A DNA stretch of 63,042 bases, the filler included, from Actinomycetota bacterium (GTDB taxonomy: Bacteria; Actinomycetota; CADDZG01; JAHWKV01; JAOPZY01): assembly GCA_025963875.1 (NCBI GenBank). It is 4 parts of 4 records of this genome, joined end to end, with 100 filler letters (N's around TTAATTAATTAA, not from the genome) between each part and the next. Parts side by side here need not be neighbours in the genome. Positions count along the whole stretch, not along the records: positions 15,324 to 39,089 come from JAOPZY010000007.1; 3 more parts are not named here. One strand, 5' to 3'. Shown in pieces: positions 18,282 through 27,950 of this stretch. Positions within the stretch are counted from its first letter, which is position 1. Each line of letters begins with the position of its first letter. The translations under genes and the position numbers were made by a program. The notes below the pieces were generated by a model. It made no database searches. It worked only from the letters and a program-made list of their open reading frames with translations, and had not been told where the DNA came from.

Positions 18282-18680
18282 ATGAAAACCGAGAACCGTC
18301 CTGTAGCCCGGCGCCGCATGCCGGAGAACCTCCTCCTGCCCATCGGGGACGGCGCCGTGTTCCTGGTCTTCACGGTCGTCGGGCTGATTTCCCACAAGGA
18401 CAAGTTCACGCCGTACCACATCCTCGTCAACTTCATCCCGCTGACGCTGAGCTGGTTCCTGATCGCCGTCATCCTCGACACGTACGGGAAGGGCGGGGCC
18501 GTCCGGGTGGCCGCCAACTGGCTGCTCGCCGTGCTCGCCGGGGTTGCGGTCCGCACCTGGTGGGTGGGCAGTCCCAACGGCAGGGACCTGTGGGTGTTCC
18601 TCACGGTCGCCCTGGTCACCAACGGCGCCTTCCTCCTGGTCTGGCGCCTCGCGGCGTCTCGCCTCCTGGTCCGAAGATAG
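18282..18680 (+). CDS. DUF3054-like membrane protein
   Basis: 4 TM segments; GD..V..VF..VG..SH and terminal L..WR; leaderless TAAGTT -10. Confidence 0.7.
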   Translation: MKTENRPVARRRMPENLLLPIGDGAVFLVFTVVGLISHKDKFTPYHILVNFIPLTLSWFLIAVILDTYGKGGAVRVAANWLLAVLAGVAVRTWWVGSPNGRDLWVFLTVALVTNGAFLLVWRLAASRLLVRR

Positions 18681-18735
18681 GAGCAGATCGCGCACATGCG
18701 CGCGATTGCCGTCTAACCTTCTCCTGCGGCCGCTG

Positions 18736-20082
18736 CTAGTGGCTCGTGGCGCTCGTGAAGTTGAAGGCGTCCAGGCGGAGGGCCGGGGCTAGCAACGACC
18801 CGCCACCCGAGGACAGGCAGGCGAGGTCGGCCCCCACGCCGGAGCACCCGCTGAGGCCGTCGAGAACGCTCTGGGTGAATCGCAGGTTGTGGACCGGCTT
18901 CGTGACGGCGCCGTCCTCGATGAGGAACAGGCCGTCCCGGGTCATGCCGGTCAGGACGGTCTCGCGCTGGTTGACCACGTTCACGTACCAGAACCGGCGC
19001 ACCAGCAGGCCCCGCTCGACCCCGGCGACGAGCTCCTCGCTCGTCTGGTGCCCTGGGACGATGTGGAGGTTGGCGGGGTAGGGGCCGTACTCCTGGGACC
19101 CGGAGGCGTGCCCGGTCGTCGTCGTTCCCGCCTCGGCGGCGGTCCGGGTGTCGTAGACGGGCTGGTTGGCGACGCCGCGGTCGATGACGGCCACCCGCTG
19201 GCGCCACACGCCTTCCAGGTCGAAGGCGGCCCCCAGGCTCCTCGGGTGGGCCACGTCGTCGACGATGCTCACGATCGGCGACGCCACCGCGTCGCCCTGG
19301 CGGTCCACGAAGAACGACTCGCCGTTCAGCACGTCCTTGGCGCCGAAGCCCATGTAGGCGAGGATCTCGACCATCTCCCCGACGGCCAGCGGCATCAGCA
19401 CCACGGGGTACGTGCCGGGTTCCACGTCGCCCGCCCCGCGCCCCCGGTCGGCCCAGCGGGCCAGGTCCTCGGTGATCGCCACGACGGGGATGTCGCCCGC
19501 CCGCCCAGCGGCGCTCTCGTGGTGGGCGGTGCCGTCGCCGGAGCGCAGCATGCACGTGAAGGCGGCGACCGTGAACGTGGCATGCCGGCGGACGCCGTTG
19601 GTGTTGGTCAGGGCCACCTCGTCGGCGGACGTGGAGAAGAACCCGGCGGCCGGCCGGTCCCCCGCCGCCAGGACCGCCTCTGCCACCCGGTCCGCCCGCC
19701 AGCCGGGCGTTGCGGCCGCGGTGGCTTGGTCGAAGCGCTCCGCTTCCTGGGACGGGGTCACAAGGCTCGCCCCGAAGTCGCCCGGCAGGCCCGGGAACAG
19801 GTAATCGGGCGGGGACAGGCATGCCATCTCGAGCGCCCGCCGGCCGGTCTGGGCGATGGCGGCGTCGTCGAGGCGGTTCGTGCTGGCCGATGCCGACCGC
19901 TTGCCGGTGACGACCCTGATCTTGATCTGGGCGTCGGAGCGCTCGGTGTGCTGGTGGATGATCGAGTCGGCGAAGCGGGTGAGGCCGCCCGACTCGGAGT
20001 AGAGCGTTACCTCGACCTCGTCGGCGCCGTCGACGGCGAGGGCCTTCTCGGCAAGCTCGAGTGCCCGCTCGGCGCCGATCAC
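18736..20082 (-). CDS. pmbA: PmbA/TldE family protein
   Basis: LTRFADS.IHQ, FDLEGV, TGMTRDGLFLIEDG..PVHNLRF; GTGA overlap with tldD. Confidence 0.9.
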   Translation of the reverse strand: MIGAERALELAEKALAVDGADEVEVTLYSESGGLTRFADSIIHQHTERSDAQIKIRVVTGKRSASASTNRLDDAAIAQTGRRALEMACLSPPDYLFPGLPGDFGASLVTPSQEAERFDQATAAATPGWRADRVAEAVLAAGDRPAAGFFSTSADEVALTNTNGVRRHATFTVAAFTCMLRSGDGTAHHESAAGRAGDIPVVAITEDLARWADRGRGAGDVEPGTYPVVLMPLAVGEMVEILAYMGFGAKDVLNGESFFVDRQGDAVASPIVSIVDDVAHPRSLGAAFDLEGVWRQRVAVIDRGVANQPVYDTRTAAEAGTTTTGHASGSQEYGPYPANLHIVPGHQTSEELVAGVERGLLVRRFWYVNVVNQRETVLTGMTRDGLFLIEDGAVTKPVHNLRFTQSVLDGLSGCSGVGADLACLSSGGGSLLAPALRLDAFNFTSATSH

Positions 20083-21530
20083 TCGGCGGCTCGCACGGCG
20101 ACCTTGCGGAACCGGGCAGGGGCCGCCCCGTGGCCCACCCGGGCCGTCTGCATGGGCTGGCCCTTGCCGCAGTTCGGCACGCCCCAGATCGTCCACTGGC
20201 TCGGCCCTGCGATGCCGTCGCAGCTCCCCCAGAACTCGGTGGTGATGCCCTGGTACATCGGGTTCTTCAGCATGCGGCCGAGCCTGCCGCCCTTGATCTC
20301 CCAGGCGATCTCGCAGCCGAACTGGAAGTTCTTCCGCATGTCGTCGATCGACCAGGACCGGTTCGTCGTCATGTAGATACCGTCGTCGGTCGAGGCGATG
20401 AGCTCCTCCAGGCTTGAGTCGCCGGGGAGGAGGTTGACGTTGGTCATCCGGATCAGCGGGTAGTTGATCCAGCCGTCGGCCCGCATCGTCCCGTTCGAGC
20501 GGTCCTGGCCGATGGCCGCCGCCGTCTCCCGTGACGTCTGGAAGCCGACGAGCAGGCCGTCCCGGATGAGGAACGTGGGAGAGGGGCGGACGCCCTCGTC
20601 GTCCCACCCGACCGTGCCGAGGCCACCCGGCGACGTGCCGTCCGACACGATGGTCACGTGCTGGGATCCGTAGGTGAGCCTGCCGAGGTCCGAGGGCTTG
20701 AGGAACGAGGTGCCGGCGTAGGCCGCCTCGGTGCCGAGGATCCGGTCGAGCTCGGTCGGGTGGCCGACGGACTCGTGGATCTGGAGGGCGACCTGCGAGC
20801 CGTCGAGGACGACGGACGTGGTGCCGACCGGGCAGGCGGGGGCCGTCAACAGAGCGAGCGCCTCCTCCGCGACGCCGGGTGCCGCCTCCACCAGGGCAAG
20901 GTTCCGGACGAGCTCGAATCCGGCGCACGCGTGCTGGCCGCCGTGGCCGCCCGGGTACGACCGGTGCTGGGCGTCGTAGTCGTCGGCCGCAGTCGCCGAG
21001 ATCCCGGTCCCGGTCTGCAGGATGGTCTGCACGAGGAGCGACCCCTCGCTGGAGACGAACACGGTCCGCTCCCGCCGCAACCCCAGGGCGGCGGTGGCCG
21101 CCATGATCCGCTTGTCGGTCCGCATCGCCTCCGAGGCTGCGATGAGGAGATCCACCTTCTCGCTCAGGCCGACGGCGAAGGGGTCTTCCTTGTACGGCGT
21201 CTCGTAGCGCCCCGACTGGGCCTCGGCGGGGGCGAGGACCACGTCGCGGCGTTTGACCTTGGCGGAAGCCCTGCCGACGTCCACCGCGAGGCGGGCGGCA
21301 GCGGCAGGATCGTCCCCGTCGAGCTCGGACGTGGCGGCGTATCCCCAGGCCCCGTCGACGACGACCCGGACGCCCACGCCGGCGGAGGTGGCGAGCTCGG
21401 CTGTCTCGAGGACGCCGTTGCGGACGGCCAGCTCCTCCGTCTCAAGCTCCTGGACGCGCACGTCCGCATAGCCGGCCCCGGCGTCCAGGGCCGCCTGCAA
21501 CGCACGTTCCGCGATATCTCGATCACGCAT
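20079..21530 (-). CDS. tldD: TldD family metalloprotease
   Basis: HESVGH (HExxxH), WDDEGV, RMTN, C-terminal CGKGQP...GHG. Confidence 0.95.
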   Translation of the reverse strand: MRDRDIAERALQAALDAGAGYADVRVQELETEELAVRNGVLETAELATSAGVGVRVVVDGAWGYAATSELDGDDPAAAARLAVDVGRASAKVKRRDVVLAPAEAQSGRYETPYKEDPFAVGLSEKVDLLIAASEAMRTDKRIMAATAALGLRRERTVFVSSEGSLLVQTILQTGTGISATAADDYDAQHRSYPGGHGGQHACAGFELVRNLALVEAAPGVAEEALALLTAPACPVGTTSVVLDGSQVALQIHESVGHPTELDRILGTEAAYAGTSFLKPSDLGRLTYGSQHVTIVSDGTSPGGLGTVGWDDEGVRPSPTFLIRDGLLVGFQTSRETAAAIGQDRSNGTMRADGWINYPLIRMTNVNLLPGDSSLEELIASTDDGIYMTTNRSWSIDDMRKNFQFGCEIAWEIKGGRLGRMLKNPMYQGITTEFWGSCDGIAGPSQWTIWGVPNCGKGQPMQTARVGHGAAPARFRKVAVRAAE

Positions 21531-21662
21531 CGGACCGGGATGGTACCCGGTGTCCACGCAGATTGGACGGCGCGTCCGCTTACCAGATTTTGGACGTTAG
21601 GTCAGGATCGCGCATAGGCGCGCGAAAAACACCTCACCTCGCATGGGGGCGCTGCTCTACGG

Positions 21663-22370
21663 TCAGTGGCCTCCGTCGAGCTGGTCGAGGATCTGCGGCA
21701 CCGGCATCTTCACGCAGGTGAAGATCGGCACGTCCCGCTCGGTGTAGGCGGACGACTCCGAGCCGCGCAGCTCCTCCACGAGATCGAGGAACTCCGACAC
21801 GGACTCGCCCTCGAACGCCACGACGAACTCCTGGTCGTCGATGCCGAACGAGTAGCCGGTGTGGATCTTCACCGCCGGGTACCTGTGGCCGATCTTGAAA
21901 TGCCCGCCCATGATGCGGCGCCGCTCCTCGAAGGGCAGGGAGTACCACTCCCGCTTCTTCACCATCGGGTAGACGAAGAGGTACGTGGAGCCCACCGGGC
22001 CGGCCGGCATCTGGTCCTCCTGGCCCTCGTGGCGGTGGCCGCCGAGGTACTGCGAGGGCCGGGTCATCGCCAGGTACGAGTAGGTGGGGCGCAGTCGACG
22101 CCCGAGCTCCGTGGCGTTGATGCGGGTCTGCAGGTCCTGGATCGGCCCGGGGCCCTCCGCGATCTCCCACAGGCAGATGTCGGCGTCCGCCCGGAGGCCG
22201 ACCGTCGAGTAGGGGTGCACCTCCACCGGCAGCGAGCTTTCGAGGAGGTCCGCCAGCTCCTTCTTCTGGAGGCTCCGCTCCTCGGCAGGCAGCGACCGCC
22301 AGGCCGGGTCCACCTGGTACAGCACGTAGCGCATGAGCCTGCGGGATTCAGGCCGGGGTGCGTCGGTCAT
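21663..22370 (-). CDS. hemQ: coproheme decarboxylase (chlorite dismutase family)
   Basis: YS.VGLRADAD, YP.VK..WY.LP.EER..IM..H, SFGIDDQEFVV; last gene of the hem operon. Confidence 0.92.
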   Translation of the reverse strand: MTDAPRPESRRLMRYVLYQVDPAWRSLPAEERSLQKKELADLLESSLPVEVHPYSTVGLRADADICLWEIAEGPGPIQDLQTRINATELGRRLRPTYSYLAMTRPSQYLGGHRHEGQEDQMPAGPVGSTYLFVYPMVKKREWYSLPFEERRRIMGGHFKIGHRYPAVKIHTGYSFGIDDQEFVVAFEGESVSEFLDLVEELRGSESSAYTERDVPIFTCVKMPVPQILDQLDGGH

Positions 22371-23656
22371 GGCCAGCTCCTTTCCAAGGATTCTTCGACC
22401 GCGGATACGACCTCGCCGATGTCGTCGGTCGTGTGGGCAAGCGACACGAACGAGGCCTCGAGCTGGCTCGGGGGCAGGTACACGCCCCAGGCCAGCATCT
22501 CGTGGAAGAAGTGGCGGAACCGGGTGGTGTCGCACTCCCTGGCCTCGTCGAAGTTCGTGACGACGCCGTCCACGAAGAACAGCGTCATCATCGAGCCGAC
22601 CCGCTGGACCCCCGCCGGCACCCCCGCCTGCTTTATGGCGCGCTCGATGCCGGACTCGAGGGCCGCCCCGAGGGACTCCAGCCGCTCGTAGGTGCCGGGG
22701 GCCGACAGCTGCCGAAGCGTGGCGAGCCCGGCGGCAACCGAGATGGGGTTCCCCGACAGGGTCCCGGCCTGGTAGACCGGACCCGACGGTGCCACCATCT
22801 CCATGAGATCCCGCCGCCCGCCGTAGGCGCCGATGGGCAGGCCGCCGCCGACAACCTTGCCGAGCGTCGTGAGGTCGGGGGTGATGCCGAGGGAGCCCTG
22901 CGCCCCCGACCAGCCAACCCGGAAGCCGGTCACCACCTCGTCGAAGATCAGCAGCGTGCCCGCCTCGTCGCACCGCCGGCGCAGATCCTCCAGGAAGCCG
23001 TTGACCGCAGGAACGACGCCCATGTTGGCGGCGATGGGCTCGACGATGACCGCGGCGAGGTCGTCGCCGAATGCGTCGAAGGCCTCGGCCACGGACTCGG
23101 TGGAGTTGTAGGCGGCGACCACAGTCTGGGAGCGGGTGGCGTCGGTCACGCCGGGGGAGTCCGGCAGACCGAGCGTGGCCACACCCGACCCTGCCGACAC
23201 CAGCAGGGAGTCGACGTGGCCGTGGTAGCAGCCGGCGAACTTGAGGACCCTGGCCCGGCCGGTGGCGGCTCTGGCGAGGCGCAGCGCGCTCATCGTCGCC
23301 TCGGTCCCCGACGACACGAACCGGACCATCTCGACCGACGGCAGGGCGGAGACGATGAGCTCGGCGAGCTCGACCTCTCCATGGGTCGGGGCGCCGAACG
23401 AGGTGCCGAGTGCCGCCGCCGAGGCGACCGCCTCGACGACCGCCGGATGGGCGTGGCCGAGGATCAGCGGTCCCCAGGAGGCGACCAGGTCGATGTAGGT
23501 GCGCCCGTCGGCGTCGGTGATCCGCGCGCCGTTGCCGGCGGCGATGAACGGCGGCGTGCCGCCGACGGCCCCGAAGGCCCGCACCGGCGACGAGACGCCG
23601 CCCGGCATCACCCCGGTGGCACGGTCGAAGAGCGCCTGCGAATGCGAGGAGGTCAC
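22367..23656 (-). CDS. hemL: glutamate-1-semialdehyde 2,1-aminomutase
   Basis: PGGVSSPVRAF, SGTEATM, GCYHGH, FDEVVTGFR, GKVVGGGLP, YQAGTLSGNP. Confidence 0.98.
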   Translation of the reverse strand: MTSSHSQALFDRATGVMPGGVSSPVRAFGAVGGTPPFIAAGNGARITDADGRTYIDLVASWGPLILGHAHPAVVEAVASAAALGTSFGAPTHGEVELAELIVSALPSVEMVRFVSSGTEATMSALRLARAATGRARVLKFAGCYHGHVDSLLVSAGSGVATLGLPDSPGVTDATRSQTVVAAYNSTESVAEAFDAFGDDLAAVIVEPIAANMGVVPAVNGFLEDLRRRCDEAGTLLIFDEVVTGFRVGWSGAQGSLGITPDLTTLGKVVGGGLPIGAYGGRRDLMEMVAPSGPVYQAGTLSGNPISVAAGLATLRQLSAPGTYERLESLGAALESGIERAIKQAGVPAGVQRVGSMMTLFFVDGVVTNFDEARECDTTRFRHFFHEMLAWGVYLPPSQLEASFVSLAHTTDDIGEVVSAVEESLERSWP

Positions 23657-24624
23657 AGCGCCACCCAGGCGGCAGCTTCGAGGGCGTGGTAGGTCATGAC
23701 GAAGTCGGCCCCGGCCCTGACGATGGCGGTGAGGATCTCGAGGGCCGCCCGCTGCTCGTCCATCCAGCCGCGCTCGGCCGCCGCCTTGACCATGGCGTAC
23801 TCGCCGCTCACGTTGTAGGCGGCCAGCGGGGCGTCGAAGCGCTGCCGTGCGGCGTGGAGAAGGTCGAGGTAGGCGAGGGCGGGCTTGACCATGACGATGT
23901 CGGCGCCCTCGGCGAGGTCCCGCTCGATGCTGGCGAGCCCCTGGCGCCCGTCTGGTGGGTCGATCTGGTAGGAGCGGCGGTCCCCGAACGAGGGGGCGCA
24001 TTCGGCGACCTCCCGGAACGGCCCGTACATCGCCGAGGCGAACTTGGCGGAGTAGGCCATCACGCCCGTGCCGCTGAGGCCCGCCGAGTCGAGGGCCCGG
24101 CGGATCGCCCCGACGCGCCCGTCCATCATGTCAGATGGCGCAACGAAGTCGGCCCCCGCCTCCGCCTGGGAGACGGCGGTGGCGGCGAGGACCTCGACGG
24201 TGGCGTCGTTCAGCACCTCGCCGTCCTCGACGATCCCGCAGTGGCCGTGGCTCGTGTACTCGCAGAGGCAGGTATCCGCGAAGACGACCAGGCCCGGCGC
24301 CGCCGACTTGATCTCGCGGATGGCCCGCTGGGTGGGTCCGTCGGCGGCATGGGCGGCCGAGCCCCGCTCGTCCTTGACGGCGGGGATCCCAAAGATCAGG
24401 ACCCCGGGGATCCCGAGGGCCTCGGCCTCCTTGGCGACGACCCCGACGCGTTCCGCCGGCCAGCGGTAGTGGCCGGGGAGGGAGGCGAGCGGCTCCTCCT
24501 CCGCCAGGCCGTCGGCGACGAAGAGCGGGAGCACGAACCGGTCGGGCGAGAGGCGGGTCTCGGAGACCAGCCTCCGCAGAGCCGGGCTCGAGCGGAGCCG
24601 GCGAAGCCGGCGGGTTTCAGTCAT
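23653..24624 (-). CDS. hemB: porphobilinogen synthase
   Basis: DTCLCEYTSHGHCG, PSDMMDGR, MVKPA, AYNVSGEY. Confidence 0.98.
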   Translation of the reverse strand: MTETRRLRRLRSSPALRRLVSETRLSPDRFVLPLFVADGLAEEEPLASLPGHYRWPAERVGVVAKEAEALGIPGVLIFGIPAVKDERGSAAHAADGPTQRAIREIKSAAPGLVVFADTCLCEYTSHGHCGIVEDGEVLNDATVEVLAATAVSQAEAGADFVAPSDMMDGRVGAIRRALDSAGLSGTGVMAYSAKFASAMYGPFREVAECAPSFGDRRSYQIDPPDGRQGLASIERDLAEGADIVMVKPALAYLDLLHAARQRFDAPLAAYNVSGEYAMVKAAAERGWMDEQRAALEILTAIVRAGADFVMTYHALEAAAWVAL

Positions 24625-25379
24625 ATCTCCATTGTGTCAGCGATCGTGGCGACGAGCCCCGGGATCGTGTGGGTGGGGGCCTCGGCCGTCACCGTCAGGC
24701 CTGCCTTGCGGCAGGCAGCCGTCGTGGCCGGGCCGATGGAGAAGATGGCGGCCCCCCGGGTGTCGGGCGGATGGCCGGCGGCGTCGGCGAAGGCCTCGGT
24801 GATCGAGGCGCTGGTGAGGGCGACACCGTCGACGCCATCGTCGAGTGCCTCGACGATGAGATGGTGGCCCGACGGCTCGGTCCGGTAGGCGTTCACCCGC
24901 TCGACCTCGTAGCCCCGCTCCGAGAGGATTGCCTCGAGATCCGGTCCCGCCGCCTCGGCCCGCACGACGCAGACGCGGCTCGGTGGGCCGGGCAGTTCGC
25001 TCGCCAGGGCGGCGGTGGTATAGGCGCTGGGGACGAAATCGACAGCGACTCCCGCCGAGGCGAGGGCCTCCGCCGTCGCCGGCCCGACCGCGGCAACCCG
25101 GGTGAGCATTGCCTCGGGGATGGTCTCGCACACAGCAGCAACCCCGTTGATCGAGGTGAAGAGCACCCAGTCGTGCTCGCGGCGGAGGGCGGCGTCCAGG
25201 GCTTCGGTGTCGGGGAGCGGCAGGATCCGGATGGCCGGGACGACCACGGCGTCCGCGCCCTCGGCGGTCAGGGCACGGGCGAGGTCCTCGGCCTGGCCCT
25301 CGGGCCGCAGGACGAGGATCCGTCTCCCCTCAAGCCGGCGCCTCATCTTATTCGGCGCCTTGAGGAGCGCCTCGGGCAT
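24621..25379 (-). CDS. hemD: uroporphyrinogen-III synthase
   Basis: LRP..Q, FTS.NGV, AVGPATA, AYRT, TSAS, SIGPAT; alternative start at 25346. Confidence 0.93.
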   Translation of the reverse strand: MPEALLKAPNKMRRRLEGRRILVLRPEGQAEDLARALTAEGADAVVVPAIRILPLPDTEALDAALRREHDWVLFTSINGVAAVCETIPEAMLTRVAAVGPATAEALASAGVAVDFVPSAYTTAALASELPGPPSRVCVVRAEAAGPDLEAILSERGYEVERVNAYRTEPSGHHLIVEALDDGVDGVALTSASITEAFADAAGHPPDTRGAAIFSIGPATTAACRKAGLTVTAEAPTHTIPGLVATIADTMEI

Positions 25380-25412
25380 CCGTCTTATCCGGCGCCTTGA
25401 GGGGCGCCTCGG
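25346..25412. repeat. two tandem copies of a 30-bp palindromic repeat at the hemC/hemD junction
   Basis: TCTTAT(T/C)CGGCGCCTTGAGG(A/G)GCGCCTCGG at 25346-25375 and 25383-25412. Confidence 0.85.
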
Positions 25413-26289
25413 CGGATTCCTGCAGCAGTTCCATGGCACCGAGGTCCCTCAGCCGCTCCGCGACGCTCGCTCCGAGTTCCTCGGCCGCGGCGGGGTCGCC
25501 CGAAGCCCGCGCCCGGACCTGCCGGGTCCCGTCGTCCGAGGTCACTGCGGCCTCCACGACCAGGACGCCGCCCTCGTGGCGGGCGTAGGTGGCGATCGGC
25601 AGCATGCAGCCGCCTCCCAGGGAGGCAAGGACCGCCCGCTCGGCGGTCGTGGCGCTGCGGGTTGGCGGATGGTCGAGCGCGGTCACCAGCGAGGCAAGTT
25701 CGTCGTCCTCCCGGCTCTGGATTGCGAGCGCCCCCTGGCCCGGGGCGGGCAGGATCACCTCGGGATCGAAGAAGTCGTCCGCCGGGATGCCGAGACGCCC
25801 CAGCCCGGCAGCCGCGACCATCACCGCCTCCACCTGGCCGGTCCGCACCTTGTCCACCCGAGTCGGCACGTTGCCCCGGATGGGGACGACGTCGAGGCCG
25901 GGGCGGAGACGGCGGAGCTGCGCTCGTCGCCGGGGGCTGCCGGTCCCGACCCTGGCGCCGTCGGGGAGGTCGTCGAGCCGCCCCCCGACGAGGGAGTCCC
26001 GCGGGTCGGCGCGCTCGGGAACGGCGGCGATGGTGAGCCCCGGCGTGGGGTCGGTGGGGAGGTCCTTCAGCGAGTGGACCGCGACGTCGATCGCCCCCTC
26101 GAGGAGCGCCTGCTCGATCTCCTTGACGAAGACGCCGGTGCCCAGGGCAAGGGAGGCACTCTGGTCACCCGCGGTCGAGATGAGCACCTCGAGCCAGCGG
26201 CGGTCGGGCACGGCGTCCCGCAGGCGCTCGATGACCCAGGCGGTCTGCGCCCGAGCGAGCCGGCTGCCCCGGGTGCCGACGTGCGCCAT
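25348..26289 (-). CDS. hemC: hydroxymethylbilane synthase
   Basis: GTRGSRLA.AQ, AVHSLKDLP, GTGSPRRRAQL, RGNV.TR, LPAPGQGAL, GGGC. Confidence 0.98.
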   Translation of the reverse strand: MAHVGTRGSRLARAQTAWVIERLRDAVPDRRWLEVLISTAGDQSASLALGTGVFVKEIEQALLEGAIDVAVHSLKDLPTDPTPGLTIAAVPERADPRDSLVGGRLDDLPDGARVGTGSPRRRAQLRRLRPGLDVVPIRGNVPTRVDKVRTGQVEAVMVAAAGLGRLGIPADDFFDPEVILPAPGQGALAIQSREDDELASLVTALDHPPTRSATTAERAVLASLGGGCMLPIATYARHEGGVLVVEAAVTSDDGTRQVRARASGDPAAAEELGASVAERLRDLGAMELLQESAEAPLKAPDKTDARGAPQGAE

Positions 26290-26303
26290 TGCTCGCCCGG
26301 GCC

Positions 26304-27509
26304 TCAGTCGAGGCCGAAGATGCGCATGATGGCGCCCCGGGTGGCGTCGTCGGCCTCACGCAGGGTCGTGGTGGGGCCGTGGAGCAGCTTGTTGGCGACG
26401 CGCATGCCGAGGGTATTCATACGGTGTTCGATCCGGGCCCTCGCCTGGTCGGACAGGTCGAGGCCCGACAGGGCCCGGATGACCTCGTCGGCGACGACCG
26501 CCTCGGCGCGTCCCCGGAGGCGTGCGATGGCGGGCCCGGACTGCCGGGTCTCGAGCCACCGCTCGATCCGGGCAACCTCGTCGGCGACCATCTGCTGGGC
26601 CCCCGCGAAGCCTGCCGTCACCTCGGGGCTCTCGGGGCCGGGAATCTCCTCGAGGCTGCGGAGCTCGACGTCGGTCCGGCCGTCGACGTCGACCGCCCGC
26701 GGGACCGAGAGGTCGACGATGACGAAGGGGTGCTCCGGGCTGCGGACGGGGATGTGGCGCGGCCGCACCGCGATGCCGCCCGAGACCGCGACGACGGCGA
26801 AGTCGCTCTTGTCGAGGACGGCGCCGAGCTCGGACAGCGGGTAGGAGGGGGCGTCGAAGTCCTCGGCCAGCCTCGCCGCCGAGGTCTTGGAGCGGCTCAC
26901 GATCGACAGGCGTGCGCCCTGCTTCCAGAGGAGGGTGGCGGCGTCGGCGGCCGCCTCACCCGAGCCGACGATGGCGCCGGCGCGGCCCCCAAGACCGCCG
27001 AGGCGTTCGTTCAGGTGCTCCGTCGCGATCGAACCGATGCTCAGGCCCACCCGCCCCAGCGCCGTCTCCGAGCGGACCCGCCTCCCCAGGCGGATCGCCC
27101 GCCCGAAGATGTTGGCGAGCGCCGGACCTGTCGACCCGGTGTCCCGGGCGAGGGCGTAGGCCCGGCGGACCTGCCCGAGCACCTGGGGCTCACCCACGAC
27201 GAGCGAGTCGAGGCCGCTGGCCACCCGGAACAGGTGCTCGATGGCGTCGGTGCCGACGAGGACCTCGAGGTCGTGCTGGTCGGTGGGAAGGAGGCCCGGC
27301 AGGATCGCCGCGACGCCGTGGACCGCCTCCGACTCGTCCCCCGCCGACGTGAAGTACGCCTCGGTCCGGTGGCAGGTGCAGAGGATGGCGAACTCGCCGA
27401 CGCCGGGGCGCTCCGCCTCCAGCACCGAGCGCTGGGTGGGCTCGTCGTAGGCGAGGCGAGCCCGCAGCTCCGCCGGGGCCGTCCGGCCGGCGCACAGGGC
27501 CAGGATCAC
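26304..27509 (-). CDS. hemA: glutamyl-tRNA reductase (divergent)
   Basis: TCHRTE (canonical TCNRTE), HLFRVASGLDS.VVGEPQ.LGQV, DLSVPR, NKLLHGPT. Confidence 0.93.
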   Translation of the reverse strand: MILALCAGRTAPAELRARLAYDEPTQRSVLEAERPGVGEFAILCTCHRTEAYFTSAGDESEAVHGVAAILPGLLPTDQHDLEVLVGTDAIEHLFRVASGLDSLVVGEPQVLGQVRRAYALARDTGSTGPALANIFGRAIRLGRRVRSETALGRVGLSIGSIATEHLNERLGGLGGRAGAIVGSGEAAADAATLLWKQGARLSIVSRSKTSAARLAEDFDAPSYPLSELGAVLDKSDFAVVAVSGGIAVRPRHIPVRSPEHPFVIVDLSVPRAVDVDGRTDVELRSLEEIPGPESPEVTAGFAGAQQMVADEVARIERWLETRQSGPAIARLRGRAEAVVADEVIRALSGLDLSDQARARIEHRMNTLGMRVANKLLHGPTTTLREADDATRGAIMRIFGLD

Positions 27510-27617
27510 AGGTTCATAGGCATGGTGGGTGTCCGCAAGATGGGAGCCAGACTATCGCGCACCTGATACAAGGGCTGTCGAACCCTCACTCCAACGTACC
27601 TCTAGAATCCCCAGATC

Positions 27618-27950
27618 ATGTCGATCAGCCGAGAAGAGGTGGTCCACGTCGCCCGGCTCGCGCGCCTGGCCCTCACCGAGGAGGAGATCGCCCTCTACGG
27701 CGAGCAGCTCGGCCGTATCCTCGGCCACGCCGACCGGGTGACCTCGCTGGACACCGAAGGGGTGCCGCCCACGGCTCAGGCCATCGCCCTCGCCAACGTG
27801 TTCCGCCCCGACGTCCTCAACGAGCCCGCGCCGTGCCTGAGCCAGCGGGAGGCCCTTGCCAACGGCCCGGCGGTCGAGGCCGGCCACTTCCGGGTGCCCC
27901 GCATCCTCGAAGACGGGGACCCCTCTGGGGAAGAAGTGGCCGAGGAGTGA
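27618..27950 (+). CDS. gatC: Asp/Glu-tRNA amidotransferase subunit C
   Basis: ISREEV.HVARLARL..FRVPRIL. Confidence 0.96.
   Translation: MSISREEVVHVARLARLALTEEEIALYGEQLGRILGHADRVTSLDTEGVPPTAQAIALANVFRPDVLNEPAPCLSQREALANGPAVEAGHFRVPRILEDGDPSGEEVAEE

Noticed and set aside
18736..21530. TldD/PmbA as part of a RiPP cluster
   Set aside because: No precursor peptide or modifying enzymes nearby; housekeeping context
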